Assembly (NCBI GenBank): GCA_036555065.1
Contig: DATBLZ010000028.1
Coordinates: 146-64,145 of the forward strand
DNA from: Gammaproteobacteria bacterium
Lineage (GTDB): Bacteria; Pseudomonadota; Gammaproteobacteria; Steroidobacterales; Rariloculaceae
Direction: 5' to 3'
DNA length: 64,000 nucleotides
Positions 35,359 through 44,331 of this stretch are shown here, in pieces. The first letter of the stretch is position 1. Each line of letters begins with the position of its first letter. The notes under the pieces were generated by a model. That model worked only from the letters and a program-made list of their open reading frames with translations. It had not been told where the DNA came from and searched no databases. A program made the position numbers and the translations under genes.

Positions 35359-37059
35359 ATGAATAGAACCGCAGCTGCCCTGTGCTTGGGCCTCGCGCCC
35401 ATGTTGGCGCTCGCGCAGCCGATCGAGAACTACAGCGTTGTGACCGATGCGCGTCTTTCGAGCCCGGCGCCCGAGGATTGGCTCATGTACCGGCGCACGT
35501 ACGACGGCCAGGGCTACAGTCCGCTCGCGGCGATCAATACGCGCAACGTCGCGCGGCTCGCGCCCGTGTGGACGTTGTCGACGGGTGCGAACGAAGGCCA
35601 CGAAAGCCCGCCGATCGTCAACGACGGCATCATGTTCGTGACGACGCCGTTCAACCGTTTGCTCGCGATCGAAGCGACCACAGGCCGCGTGCGCTGGGCG
35701 TATCAACGCCAACTTCCCGCCGACATGCAGATGGCCCATCCGACGAATCGCGGCGCTGCCCTTTACGGGAACAAGGTTTACATGGCGACTTCGGACGCGA
35801 AGCTCGTCGCGTTCGACGCGGCGACGGGCGGCGTCGTATGGGAGAAGGAAGTCGCCGACTATCGCGCGGGTTACTACATGACGCTCGCGCCGCTCGCCGT
35901 GCACGGCAAGATTCTCGTCGGCGCCTCGGGCGGCGAGCGCGGTATCCGCGGGTTCGTCGTCGCATACGACGCCGAGAGCGGCGAACAGGCGTGGAAGACC
36001 TACACGATTCCCGCGCCGGGCGAGCCCGGCAGCGAGACCTGGACCGGCGATTCATGGCGAACGGGCGGTGCGCCGACGTGGGTCACGGGCACCTACGATC
36101 CGGCGCTCAACCTCACCTACTGGGGCACGGGCAACCCCGGTCCGTGGACCGGTGACACGCGCCCCGGCGACAACCTCTACACGACCTCTGTCGTCGCGTT
36201 CGACGCCGACACGGGGGCGATCCGCGGCCATCACCAATACCACTGGAACGACTCGTGGGATTGGGACGAAGTCGACGCACCGCTCTTGATCGACGTCGCC
36301 CGCGGCGGGCGGACGATTCCGACGCTCGTGCATCCGGCTCGTGACGGCTACTTGTGGATTCTCGAACGGCGCGCGCAAGGCATCGGCTTCGTCGATGCAT
36401 TTCCGTACGTGTACCAGGATGTCTTTACGGCGATCGACCCGGAGACGGGGCGTCCCGAATACGACATGGACAAGAAGCCGGCGATCGGCAAGCCCGCGAC
36501 GTTCTGCCCGTCGCTCCACGGCGGGAAGAATTGGCCGCCGGCCGCATATAACCCCAAGACGCGCCTGCTCTACGTGCCCGCGAACGACAACCTCTGCACG
36601 ACGATGGTGGGCGAGGCCACCGAGTACGTGCCGGGCCGCGGATTCACGGGCATCACGGGTGTGACTGCGACCTTGCGTGAAGGCGCCGACCATGTCGGCG
36701 AGCTGCAAGCGTGGAATCTCGCAACGGGAGAGCGTGTCTGGACACACGAGTACGGCCCGTTTGCGAATTGGGGGCCGGTGCTCACGACGGCCGGTGGTCT
36801 GGTCTTCTCGGGCGGCACGGCGGATCGCTACTTCCGCGCATTCGATGCGCGTACGGGCGAGCTGCTCTGGCAGTCTCGCCTGAGCTCGGGCGTGCTCGGC
36901 GCTCCCGTCGCGTACGAAGTCGACGGCAAGCAGTACATTGCCGTGCAGGCGGGGTGGGGTGTCGATTCCGTCGCCTCGCAACGCCGCGTCGACGGTTTTT
37001 TCAATCAGGAGACGATCGTGCCGCAGGGGGGCGTCGTGTGGGTCTTCGCAGTCGAATGA
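35359..37059 (+). CDS. PQQ-dependent dehydrogenase, methanol/ethanol family (D-x-D, lanthanide-type signature; lacks vicinal Cys-Cys)
   Basis: Signal peptide; WLMYRRTYDGQGYSPL, propeller W-motifs, WDWDE (36256..36270), GGKNWPP. Confidence 0.9.
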   Translation: MNRTAAALCLGLAPMLALAQPIENYSVVTDARLSSPAPEDWLMYRRTYDGQGYSPLAAINTRNVARLAPVWTLSTGANEGHESPPIVNDGIMFVTTPFNRLLAIEATTGRVRWAYQRQLPADMQMAHPTNRGAALYGNKVYMATSDAKLVAFDAATGGVVWEKEVADYRAGYYMTLAPLAVHGKILVGASGGERGIRGFVVAYDAESGEQAWKTYTIPAPGEPGSETWTGDSWRTGGAPTWVTGTYDPALNLTYWGTGNPGPWTGDTRPGDNLYTTSVVAFDADTGAIRGHHQYHWNDSWDWDEVDAPLLIDVARGGRTIPTLVHPARDGYLWILERRAQGIGFVDAFPYVYQDVFTAIDPETGRPEYDMDKKPAIGKPATFCPSLHGGKNWPPAAYNPKTRLLYVPANDNLCTTMVGEATEYVPGRGFTGITGVTATLREGADHVGELQAWNLATGERVWTHEYGPFANWGPVLTTAGGLVFSGGTADRYFRAFDARTGELLWQSRLSSGVLGAPVAYEVDGKQYIAVQAGWGVDSVASQRRVDGFFNQETIVPQGGVVWVFAVE

Positions 37060-37973
37060 AAACCTCGCGGCTGAAGCCGCTCCTACACGCGCTGATTGGC
37101 ACCACCGTAGTCGCCGCGAGCGCCGCGGCGCAGCCGCCCGAGGCACCGGAAGTCACGGTTCAATCCCTGGCGCCGGATCTGCACTTGCTCTTCGGCGCCG
37201 GCGGCGGTCAGGTCGCGGGCAACGTGCTGGCCTTGCTCGGCGCGGACGGCGTTGTGATCGTCGACACGGGATTTCCGGCGTTCGTGCCGAAGTATCGTGC
37301 GGCGATCGCCGCGCTCGGCGGCGGCGAAGTCCGCGTCGCGATCAACACGCACTGGCACGACGACCATGCCGAGGGCAACAAGGTATTCGGCCCGGACGGC
37401 TCCGTGCTCGTCGCGCACACGAACTCGCGCGAGATGCTGATGCACGACAACAAAGTCAACGTCGTGCGAACCGTGCTCGATCAACCTGCTTATCCTGCAG
37501 CCGCGCTGCCGGTGATTACTTACGACGAGCGCACCGAGCTCTTTCTGAATGGTGAGCAGATCGTGCTCTTGCACTTCGCGCGCGCACACACGGCCGGCGA
37601 TACCGTGGTGATCTTTCGCGAGCACAACGTCGTGCACATGGGCGACGTCTTTCTTTCGGCCGCATATCCTTTCTTCGATGTCGACAACGGCGGCGACTTC
37701 GACGGTTTGATCGAGTTTTGCAGTCGCGTTCTCGAGGAGATCGATGCGGCAACGGTCGTCGTGCCCGGTCACGGGCGGGTCGCAACCACCGCGGACCTCG
37801 CGGCCTACGTCGAGATGCTGCGTATCGTGCGCAGCCGCATCGCGGCGCTGATCGCCGACGGCGCGACGCTCGAGCAAGTCGTCGCCGCCGAGCCGACGCG
37901 CGAGTGGGACACCAAGTACGGCAACCCGAGGACCTACTTCATCGACCGCGCGTACGAAAGCCTGGCGCGGTAG
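37056..37973 (+). CDS. periplasmic MBL-fold zinc hydrolase (SoxH-related, of the kind found beside PQQ dehydrogenases)
   Basis: ATGA overlap with the PQQ-ADH stop; HWHDDHAEGN (HxHxDH), HTAGD, HMGDV, PGHG. Confidence 0.8.
   Translation: MKTSRLKPLLHALIGTTVVAASAAAQPPEAPEVTVQSLAPDLHLLFGAGGGQVAGNVLALLGADGVVIVDTGFPAFVPKYRAAIAALGGGEVRVAINTHWHDDHAEGNKVFGPDGSVLVAHTNSREMLMHDNKVNVVRTVLDQPAYPAAALPVITYDERTELFLNGEQIVLLHFARAHTAGDTVVIFREHNVVHMGDVFLSAAYPFFDVDNGGDFDGLIEFCSRVLEEIDAATVVVPGHGRVATTADLAAYVEMLRIVRSRIAALIADGATLEQVVAAEPTREWDTKYGNPRTYFIDRAYESLAR
37065..37086. repeat. REP-like element inside the first codons of the MBL gene
   Basis: TCGCGGCTGAAGCCGCTCCTAC encodes residues SRLKPLLH of the predicted signal-peptide n-region. 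Confidence 0.75.
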
Positions 37974-38012
37974 CCCGCAAACTACATACAGCCACGGAGC
38001 TTTAGGCTAATC

Positions 38013-38027
38013 ACACGAGGATCGTGT
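38013..38027. promoter_or_regulatory. palindrome ACACGA-GGA-TCGTGT upstream of the second TA module
   Basis: 6-bp perfect arms, adjacent TATATT; 23-35 nt upstream of candidate antitoxin starts. Confidence 0.3.
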
Positions 38028-38049
38028 ATATTCATGCCACGGCCGCAAT

Positions 38050-38304
38050 GTGGTTTCCATCGTGAGAAACGTCACCATCACTCTGGACGAAAAGACTGCC
38101 GCATGGGTTCGCGTACACGCGGCGGAGCGTGGAAAGAGCGTGTCCCGGTTCGTAAGCGAGATGTTGCAGGAGCGGATGCGCGAGGCGCGCGCATACGACC
38201 GCGCGATGCGCCGGTTCCTGGCGTCGAAGCCCATGAAGTTTCAATGGGCCGCGGGCCGTAGACCTAAGCGCGAGGAGTTGCATGACCGCGCCGGTCTTCG
38301 TTGA
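38050..38304 (+). CDS. RHH/CopG-type antitoxin (VapB-like); start GTG 38050 or 38062
   Basis: VTITLDEKTAAWVRVHAAERGKSVSRFVSEMLQE is a typical RHH N-terminus; overlaps the PIN gene by 23 nt. Confidence 0.65.
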   Translation: MVSIVRNVTITLDEKTAAWVRVHAAERGKSVSRFVSEMLQERMREARAYDRAMRRFLASKPMKFQWAAGRRPKREELHDRAGLR

Positions 38305-38803
38305 CACGAACGTTTTCGTTTACGCGCGCCAGGTCAACGAGCGCGTGCGGCAACCCCTGGCTGCGGAGTGGATCGAGCGACTGTGGCGTGAAGAAGCCGG
38401 TCGTACGAGCATGCAGGTGCTCAGCGAGTGTTATGTCAGCCTCACGCGGAAAATCAAGCCGGCAATTACGCGCGAGGACGCTTGGGAGCACGTCAGCGAC
38501 CTTCTGACCTGGAATCCGCAACCGACCGATGTCGAGCTCCTAGGGCGGGCGCGCGAGATCGAGGACCGGTATGGCTTGAGTTGGTGGGACAGCCTGATCG
38601 TGGGCGCCGCGGAATTGCAGAACTGCGCTCTACTGCTCACCGAGGACCTTCAGGACCACGCCGTGTACGGTGGCGTCACCGTGCGCAACCCCTTCAGCCT
38701 CGGAGTATCGGAGGGAATGGCGACCTACACGCCCGCGCTGCGGGCCGTTTCGCGACATCCGCCGCGCGGCAGGCCGCGCCACCCCCTGGTTTCGTCGGCC
38801 TGA
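38282..38803 (+). CDS. PIN-domain toxin (VapC-like) with about 40-aa C-terminal extension
   Basis: VFVDTNVFVY, SWWDSLIVGAA, LLTEDLQ acidic residues. Confidence 0.8.
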   Translation: MTAPVFVDTNVFVYARQVNERVRQPLAAEWIERLWREEAGRTSMQVLSECYVSLTRKIKPAITREDAWEHVSDLLTWNPQPTDVELLGRAREIEDRYGLSWWDSLIVGAAELQNCALLLTEDLQDHAVYGGVTVRNPFSLGVSEGMATYTPALRAVSRHPPRGRPRHPLVSSA

Positions 38804-38814
38804 TCGCGCTTCCG

Positions 38815-41268
38815 TTACGTCTCGGCGCGTAGCGTCAAGGCCGGGTCGACGCTTGCGGCGCGGCGCGCCGGCACGAACGCCGCGAGCGCCGCGACGGCGA
38901 GCAGCACGGCGGTAACTCCGACCGCGGTCGTGGGATCCGTCGGGCTCACCTCGTACAAGAACGATGCGATCGTGCGCGTCAGTGCGTACGCGACCACCAA
39001 ACCGATGCCGATACCGAGCAGCGCCGCCGCCAGCGCCGAGCGAACTACGGAGCCGACCACGGTGCTCTCGTTCGCGCCGAGCGCCATACGCAGGCCAATC
39101 TCGGAAGTGCTCTGCGAAACCGTGTAGCTCAACGTGCCGTAGAGGCCGACGGCCGCGAGCACGAGCGCGAGTAACGCGAACGAGCCGATCAGCGTGAGCT
39201 GTGTGCTGCGGCCCGCGAGCTCGGCGTCGAGAACCTCGCTGAGCGCGCGAACGGTTGCAACGGGCTGGTCGGCGTCGATGTCCCAGACGGCTTGGCGCAC
39301 CGCCGGACCGAGCGCGAGAGGATCGCCGCTCGTCCGCACGACGAGCTGCTGTGGCCACATGAGGCTGAATTCTCCGTCGTCGCCGACCTGGTCGATCGAC
39401 GCGTAGACCTCGGGGAATGCGGGCGCGTCGAGGCCGTCCTGACGCATGTCAGCGACGACGCCGACGACGGTGAAGAGTGTCTCGATGTCGCCGAGGCCGA
39501 AACTGAACCGTTTCCCGATCGGATCCTCGTCGGGCCAATGCAGCCGCACCATGGCCTCGTTGATGACGGCGACGGGCGGCGCGTCACGCGTGTCGCGCGC
39601 GTCGACGAACCGGCCGCTCACGAGCGGCACGCCGAGCGCCTCGAGATATCCGGGGCTCACGCCTCTGTTCTGTGCGACCGTGCTGAACAGCTCTTGTTGA
39701 CCGGGGCGCGGACGACCTTCGACGAACGTGATGGAGCGCAGACCCTTGATCACGAGTGGCGCAAAGTTCGTATAGCCGGCGTTTTCGACACCCGGCAACG
39801 CGCGCACTCGCTCGAGCACACGTTGGTAGAAGGTATCGCGATCGGCCGCAGTGGGATGACGCGATGAGGACAGCGGGGTATCGACGAGCAAGACGTCTTC
39901 GGTATCGAAGCCGGGATCGACGGCCAACACCGCCGCATAGCTGCGCAGCAACAGCCCGGCACCCGCGAGCAGCACGACAGTCAACGCGATTTCCGCGACG
40001 ACGAGCGTCGTGCGCAACCGTTTCGCTTTCGTGCTATGAGCGCCGACGGATCTGCCGAATGCGGCGCTGAAATCTCGGCGCGCGGCCGCGAACGCGGGTC
40101 CGGCCCCGAAGAGCAGCACGGTCACGAGCGTCGCGCCGACAGTCAATGCAAGCACGCGCGAATCGAGGGCGAGCGTCGTGCTCGCCGGCAGCGTCGCCGG
40201 CAGCAACCGTGTCAGATAGCCGAAACACGCGGCCGCGAGACCCAAGCCGAAAACGACGCCGAGCCCGGCCAGGACGCCACTCTCCGTCAAAAGCTGGCGC
40301 AGCACGCGGCCCTGCGCGGCGCCGAGTGCCTTGCGGATCGCGAGCTCTTTCTGTCGCACCGTCGCGCGCGCGAGCATGAGGTTTGCGACGTTCGCGCACG
40401 CGATCAGCAACACGAGCCCGACGGCGCCGAGCAGCGCCAGTACGGTAGGACGGACGTCGCGCGTAGTGAGGCCGCCGCGCACGAGCGTCTCGCGCAGCGG
40501 CACCACGGCGACGGGCTGGCCGGTCGAATTCTCGGCGCGAAGCGCGTCGGCGACGGCGTTCATCTCGGCCTGCGCCGCTTCTATGGAAACGCCGGCGCGC
40601 AGCTTCGCAACCACGGACCAGATGAACGCGCCGTCCTCGGCCAAGAGCTCCGGCGCGAACGCCGTCGCGATGAACACGTCCTTTTCGCCGTAGGGGAAGC
40701 GAAAATCCGGCGGCACGACGCCGACGACGGGATGCGGGGTGCCGTCGAGCGTGAGCGTGCGGCCGATAGCTGCGGGGTCGCCGTTCAAGCGGCGCCGCCA
40801 AAACCGCTCGCTGACCACGACGGCCTCGCTCGCGCCGTCGTCGGGCGCGAACGTGCGGCCAAGGATGGGTGCCAAACCGATCGTTGCGAACAGATTCGGC
40901 GTCGTGCGCACGGCCGCGAGCCGCTCCGGCTCGCCTTCGCCGGTAAGGTTCATGCTCGAGGGCACGACGGCCGCCATTTCGTCGAACGATGTCGCGCGCT
41001 GACGCCACAAATCGAAGTTGCGGGGCGGGGGCTCGAGACGCGGCGGGCCGCCGACCGAAGACATATCCACCCATAAAGACACGAGCCGCTCTTCGTTTGC
41101 GAAGGGCAGAGGCTTGAGCCATACGGCGCTCACGAGGCTGAAGATCGCGGACGTTGCGCCGATGCCGAGCGCCAGCACGGCCACGGCGACGACCGTGAAA
41201 CCGGGCGTGCGCAGCAGTGCGCGGGCGGCGTATCGCAAATCGCGTGCTAAATCGGTAAAGAACGACAT
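38815..41268 (-). CDS. ADOP-family duplicated MacB/FtsX-type permease (no adjacent ATPase)
   Basis: N-terminus DLRYAARALLRTPGFTVVAVAVLALGIGATSAIFS; two FtsX modules (IACANVANLMLARA...; EIGLRMALGA); start at MSFFTDL. Confidence 0.85.
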   Translation of the reverse strand: MSFFTDLARDLRYAARALLRTPGFTVVAVAVLALGIGATSAIFSLVSAVWLKPLPFANEERLVSLWVDMSSVGGPPRLEPPPRNFDLWRQRATSFDEMAAVVPSSMNLTGEGEPERLAAVRTTPNLFATIGLAPILGRTFAPDDGASEAVVVSERFWRRRLNGDPAAIGRTLTLDGTPHPVVGVVPPDFRFPYGEKDVFIATAFAPELLAEDGAFIWSVVAKLRAGVSIEAAQAEMNAVADALRAENSTGQPVAVVPLRETLVRGGLTTRDVRPTVLALLGAVGLVLLIACANVANLMLARATVRQKELAIRKALGAAQGRVLRQLLTESGVLAGLGVVFGLGLAAACFGYLTRLLPATLPASTTLALDSRVLALTVGATLVTVLLFGAGPAFAAARRDFSAAFGRSVGAHSTKAKRLRTTLVVAEIALTVVLLAGAGLLLRSYAAVLAVDPGFDTEDVLLVDTPLSSSRHPTAADRDTFYQRVLERVRALPGVENAGYTNFAPLVIKGLRSITFVEGRPRPGQQELFSTVAQNRGVSPGYLEALGVPLVSGRFVDARDTRDAPPVAVINEAMVRLHWPDEDPIGKRFSFGLGDIETLFTVVGVVADMRQDGLDAPAFPEVYASIDQVGDDGEFSLMWPQQLVVRTSGDPLALGPAVRQAVWDIDADQPVATVRALSEVLDAELAGRSTQLTLIGSFALLALVLAAVGLYGTLSYTVSQSTSEIGLRMALGANESTVVGSVVRSALAAALLGIGIGLVVAYALTRTIASFLYEVSPTDPTTAVGVTAVLLAVAALAAFVPARRAASVDPALTLRAET

Positions 41269-41393
41269 GACCGTCACAAAGCAAACCCCGTGCCAATACC
41301 CAAGTCTAAGCTCGAGGTCGATCCGGAGGTGCGCAACGTCCCGGAATCGCACGCGCCATCCCGGGAGCGGGACGGACACGTACGCGCCTTTGC

Positions 41394-42935
41394 TCAGAAC
41401 GCCTTGGTGGCGCTGGCGTTTCGCAGGGTCTCGACGACTTTCTCGGATCCAGGAATCGGCTGCCCACCGACGAGGCTCGACGCTTCATCGAGCGGCGAGC
41501 GGCCGCGCGCGTCGACTATGTCGACCTCCGCGCCGTGCTCGACGAGGAAGCTCGCGACGCGCGCCCAACCGCGGCCCGCCGCAGAGTAAAGAGCAGTCTG
41601 GCCGTCGCGATCCGTGATTGCGCTCGGCCTTGCGATGCGCGCTGTGCGGCTCTGGGTATCCGCGACGCGCGCGTTGATGTCGGCGCCGGCCGCGAGCAGG
41701 ATCTCGAGCGAGGCAATGACCTTGTCCTCGATCTCGGGGTCGCCCTCGAAGTCGGGCGAGCGGTTCGCGCCGAAGTTGATGTTGCGCACGCCGACGCCGG
41801 CCGTGGCCATGAGCGGCGTCACGCCCATGACGTTCGGCAGATCGACATCGGCCCCGGCCGCGAGCAACGCGCGCATCGTCTCGTCGTCATGCGTGATCGC
41901 GGCGCGCAAGAGCGGCGTCGCGCCCGTCGTGAGCAAGTAATCCGTGAACCGCGCGCTGTTACCGCCGCGTCCCGGCCGATGCATGTTGAGCTGCGGATCC
42001 ACTTCGACTCCCGCCGCGAGCAGGCGCTGGACGACGTCGAAGCCGGTCGTGTTGGTCGAACGCGGATGCGCCGCCTCGCGCGGCACATAAGTGTTCAAGT
42101 CGACGGCGAGATAAAGCGCCGTTCGCCCCCACCAGTCGGCATAGTGCGGATTCGCGCCTTCATCGAGCAGCACCATCGCGGTGTCGAACTCGTAGTTGTC
42201 GAGCGCGAGCATGAGCGCCGTGACGCCGTCCGGCGTCGGCCGGTCGACGTCCTCGCCTGCGGCGAGAATCGCGCGCACGCAGGCCGCGCAACCCGCGCGC
42301 GCCGCATAGAGCAGCGGCGTGAGGCCCCCGGTCGGGCGGTACTGTGCGCGCGGCTCGGAGGTGATCTGCGCGCCCCAGTCGTTCGCGGCGGCGCGCGCCT
42401 TGGGATCCGCGCCGTGCTCGAGCAAGAGCTTGACGACCTCGGGGAATGCGTCGCCGGCCGCCCACATGAGCGCCGTCTGCTCGCGCCAAAGCTCGCGCGC
42501 GTTCACGTCGGCGCCGGCATCGAGCAGCAACTTCACGACCTCGACCGATCCTGTGCGTGCCGCGAGCATCAGCGTCGTCTCGCCGTCGAGGTTCGGCGAA
42601 TCGACGTCGGCGCCCGCGTCGAGCAACATTTCAACGAGCTGCGCGTTGCCGGCCTTGACGGCCTCAGCGAGCGGGCTCGAGCCGTAACGGTTCTCGACGT
42701 CCGCGTTCGCGCCACGGTCGAGCAGGCGCTCGACGAGCTCGGGATCCAGCTTGTAGACGGCCCAGTGCAGCGGCGTCGCGCCGTCGCCTTGGGGGGCGTT
42801 CACGTCGGCGCCATCGGCGATGAGCTCGAGCGCAACTGCACGGTGGCCGTTTTGGATCGCGTCGGCGAGCGGGCTCTCGGCCGCGGCGGAAGCCGAGGCG
42901 AGCAGGCCAACGAGCGCGAGCACTGAGCCTTTCAT
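41394..42935 (-). CDS. periplasmic ankyrin-repeat protein
   Basis: Signal peptide; many repeats of the G-TPLH/LM-A---G----V--LL--GADVN type. Confidence 0.85.
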   Translation of the reverse strand: MKGSVLALVGLLASASAAAESPLADAIQNGHRAVALELIADGADVNAPQGDGATPLHWAVYKLDPELVERLLDRGANADVENRYGSSPLAEAVKAGNAQLVEMLLDAGADVDSPNLDGETTLMLAARTGSVEVVKLLLDAGADVNARELWREQTALMWAAGDAFPEVVKLLLEHGADPKARAAANDWGAQITSEPRAQYRPTGGLTPLLYAARAGCAACVRAILAAGEDVDRPTPDGVTALMLALDNYEFDTAMVLLDEGANPHYADWWGRTALYLAVDLNTYVPREAAHPRSTNTTGFDVVQRLLAAGVEVDPQLNMHRPGRGGNSARFTDYLLTTGATPLLRAAITHDDETMRALLAAGADVDLPNVMGVTPLMATAGVGVRNINFGANRSPDFEGDPEIEDKVIASLEILLAAGADINARVADTQSRTARIARPSAITDRDGQTALYSAAGRGWARVASFLVEHGAEVDIVDARGRSPLDEASSLVGGQPIPGSEKVVETLRNASATKAF

Positions 42936-42947
42936 GGACCGCGAAAC

Positions 42948-43292
42948 TTATTGCGCCGCGGTAATTTGCTCGCAATGGAACGGATAGCTGTGATAGTCGT
43001 TGTACTGCGATAGCCACAGCATGGGCACGGCGAGGTAGTAACCGAAGACGATCGCGCCGTAATCCGGCCGCTCGTTGCGGCGGATGCGGTAGTTCTGCGC
43101 CTCACAGCCGTCCTTGCGCACGCTCACATCGATCGTCGTGAACGCGAGCTTGCGGTCGGAGTAATGGGTCTCACCCATGCCCTGGTACTCGCCATCGATG
43201 TAGATACGGGCTTCCGGATCCCAGGTCCGGATCGTCGTCGAGCTCGAGCATCCCGCGAGCAACGCCGCGGCAGCCAGAATCAAGTGTTTCAC
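42948..43292 (-). CDS. small lipoprotein, unknown function
   Basis: Lipobox LLAGC; IYIDGEYQG (PEGA-like strand). Confidence 0.6.
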   Translation of the reverse strand: MKHLILAAAALLAGCSSSTTIRTWDPEARIYIDGEYQGMGETHYSDRKLAFTTIDVSVRKDGCEAQNYRIRRNERPDYGAIVFGYYLAVPMLWLSQYNDYHSYPFHCEQITAAQ

Positions 43293-43380
43293 TTTGGAAT
43301 ACCCCCGATCGGCAGATTCAACTAGTCCACCACAGTAAACCTGACGTGTACCTGAATGGCAAGGCGCAATCCCGCCGTCG

Positions 43381-44325
43381 CTACACGATGTCGTGGGTCA
43401 GCTTGTTGTGATGCGCCCAGAATCCCTTGTGGAGCGCGTAGAGAAGACCCGCGGGATCGTCGAACGTCCGGCCGAGTCCGTCTAACACTCCTGCCGCCAG
43501 CATATCGTCGGAGCTTTCGCCGAGCCGCACGTGCACGACCATGCGGTCGAAGAGCTCGAGCAGCATGTCGTGCTCGGCCTGCAACTCGGCGCGCCCGACG
43601 ACGGGACCGTAGCTCGGGACGAACCGTGCGTCGACGTCGGTCTTCGCGAGCAAAAGCGCGAGCGAATCGACGCGCCCACCGAGCCAACCGCCCCCGAACC
43701 AGTCGAACACGGGATCGCGCGCGGGCGCCAAGACGTCGCCGACGGCGATGATGTTGAGATCCGGAAACGCCACGTAGATGTCGCCGTCGGTATGCGCCTC
43801 GATCAAGTACCCGCACTCGATCTGCCGGCCGCCGATGGTCGCCGCGTGCGTCGTGTGAAAGCTTTCTGTTGGCACCGCCGCCTCGGGCAGCGGCTTCTCG
43901 TAACGATCCTCGGTCGGGACGTAGTAGCCCGTGCTCAATCGAATGCGTGTTTTCTCGTGCGCGACGATCGCAGCGCCGCCGCGGCCGAATGTCTCGTTGC
44001 CGCCGACCTGCTCGAGATGCCAATGCGTATTGAACAGCGCCGTGACGGCTCCGCCGGGGAGCCCTTCGAGTGTCGCCACCAGGTCGTTAGTGAACGCCGT
44101 GGCGCCGCTGTCGACGAGCACTTTGCCGTCCGAGGTCGCGAGGGAAAGCACATTGCCGCCCGCGCCCGCGAGCAGCGTGAGGTCGGGCGCAATGGGCGTT
44201 GCGACGACGTTGCCGGCCGCAAAGCCGACGCTCGCAAACCGGGGCAGGGCCATGCCGGCAACACCGGCGACAACGCCGCGGAGCAACGCTCGGCGGCTCG
44301 TGGAACCGTGACCCGTGCTCGGCAT
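43381..44325 (-). CDS. Tat-exported MBL-fold protein with degenerate metal motif (paralogue of 37056..37973)
   Basis: SRRALLRGVVAG leader; HWHLEQVGGN in place of HxHxDH; PSYGP in place of PGHG. Confidence 0.75.
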   Translation of the reverse strand: MPSTGHGSTSRRALLRGVVAGVAGMALPRFASVGFAAGNVVATPIAPDLTLLAGAGGNVLSLATSDGKVLVDSGATAFTNDLVATLEGLPGGAVTALFNTHWHLEQVGGNETFGRGGAAIVAHEKTRIRLSTGYYVPTEDRYEKPLPEAAVPTESFHTTHAATIGGRQIECGYLIEAHTDGDIYVAFPDLNIIAVGDVLAPARDPVFDWFGGGWLGGRVDSLALLLAKTDVDARFVPSYGPVVGRAELQAEHDMLLELFDRMVVHVRLGESSDDMLAAGVLDGLGRTFDDPAGLLYALHKGFWAHHNKLTHDIV

Positions 44326-44331
44326 GTCGCC

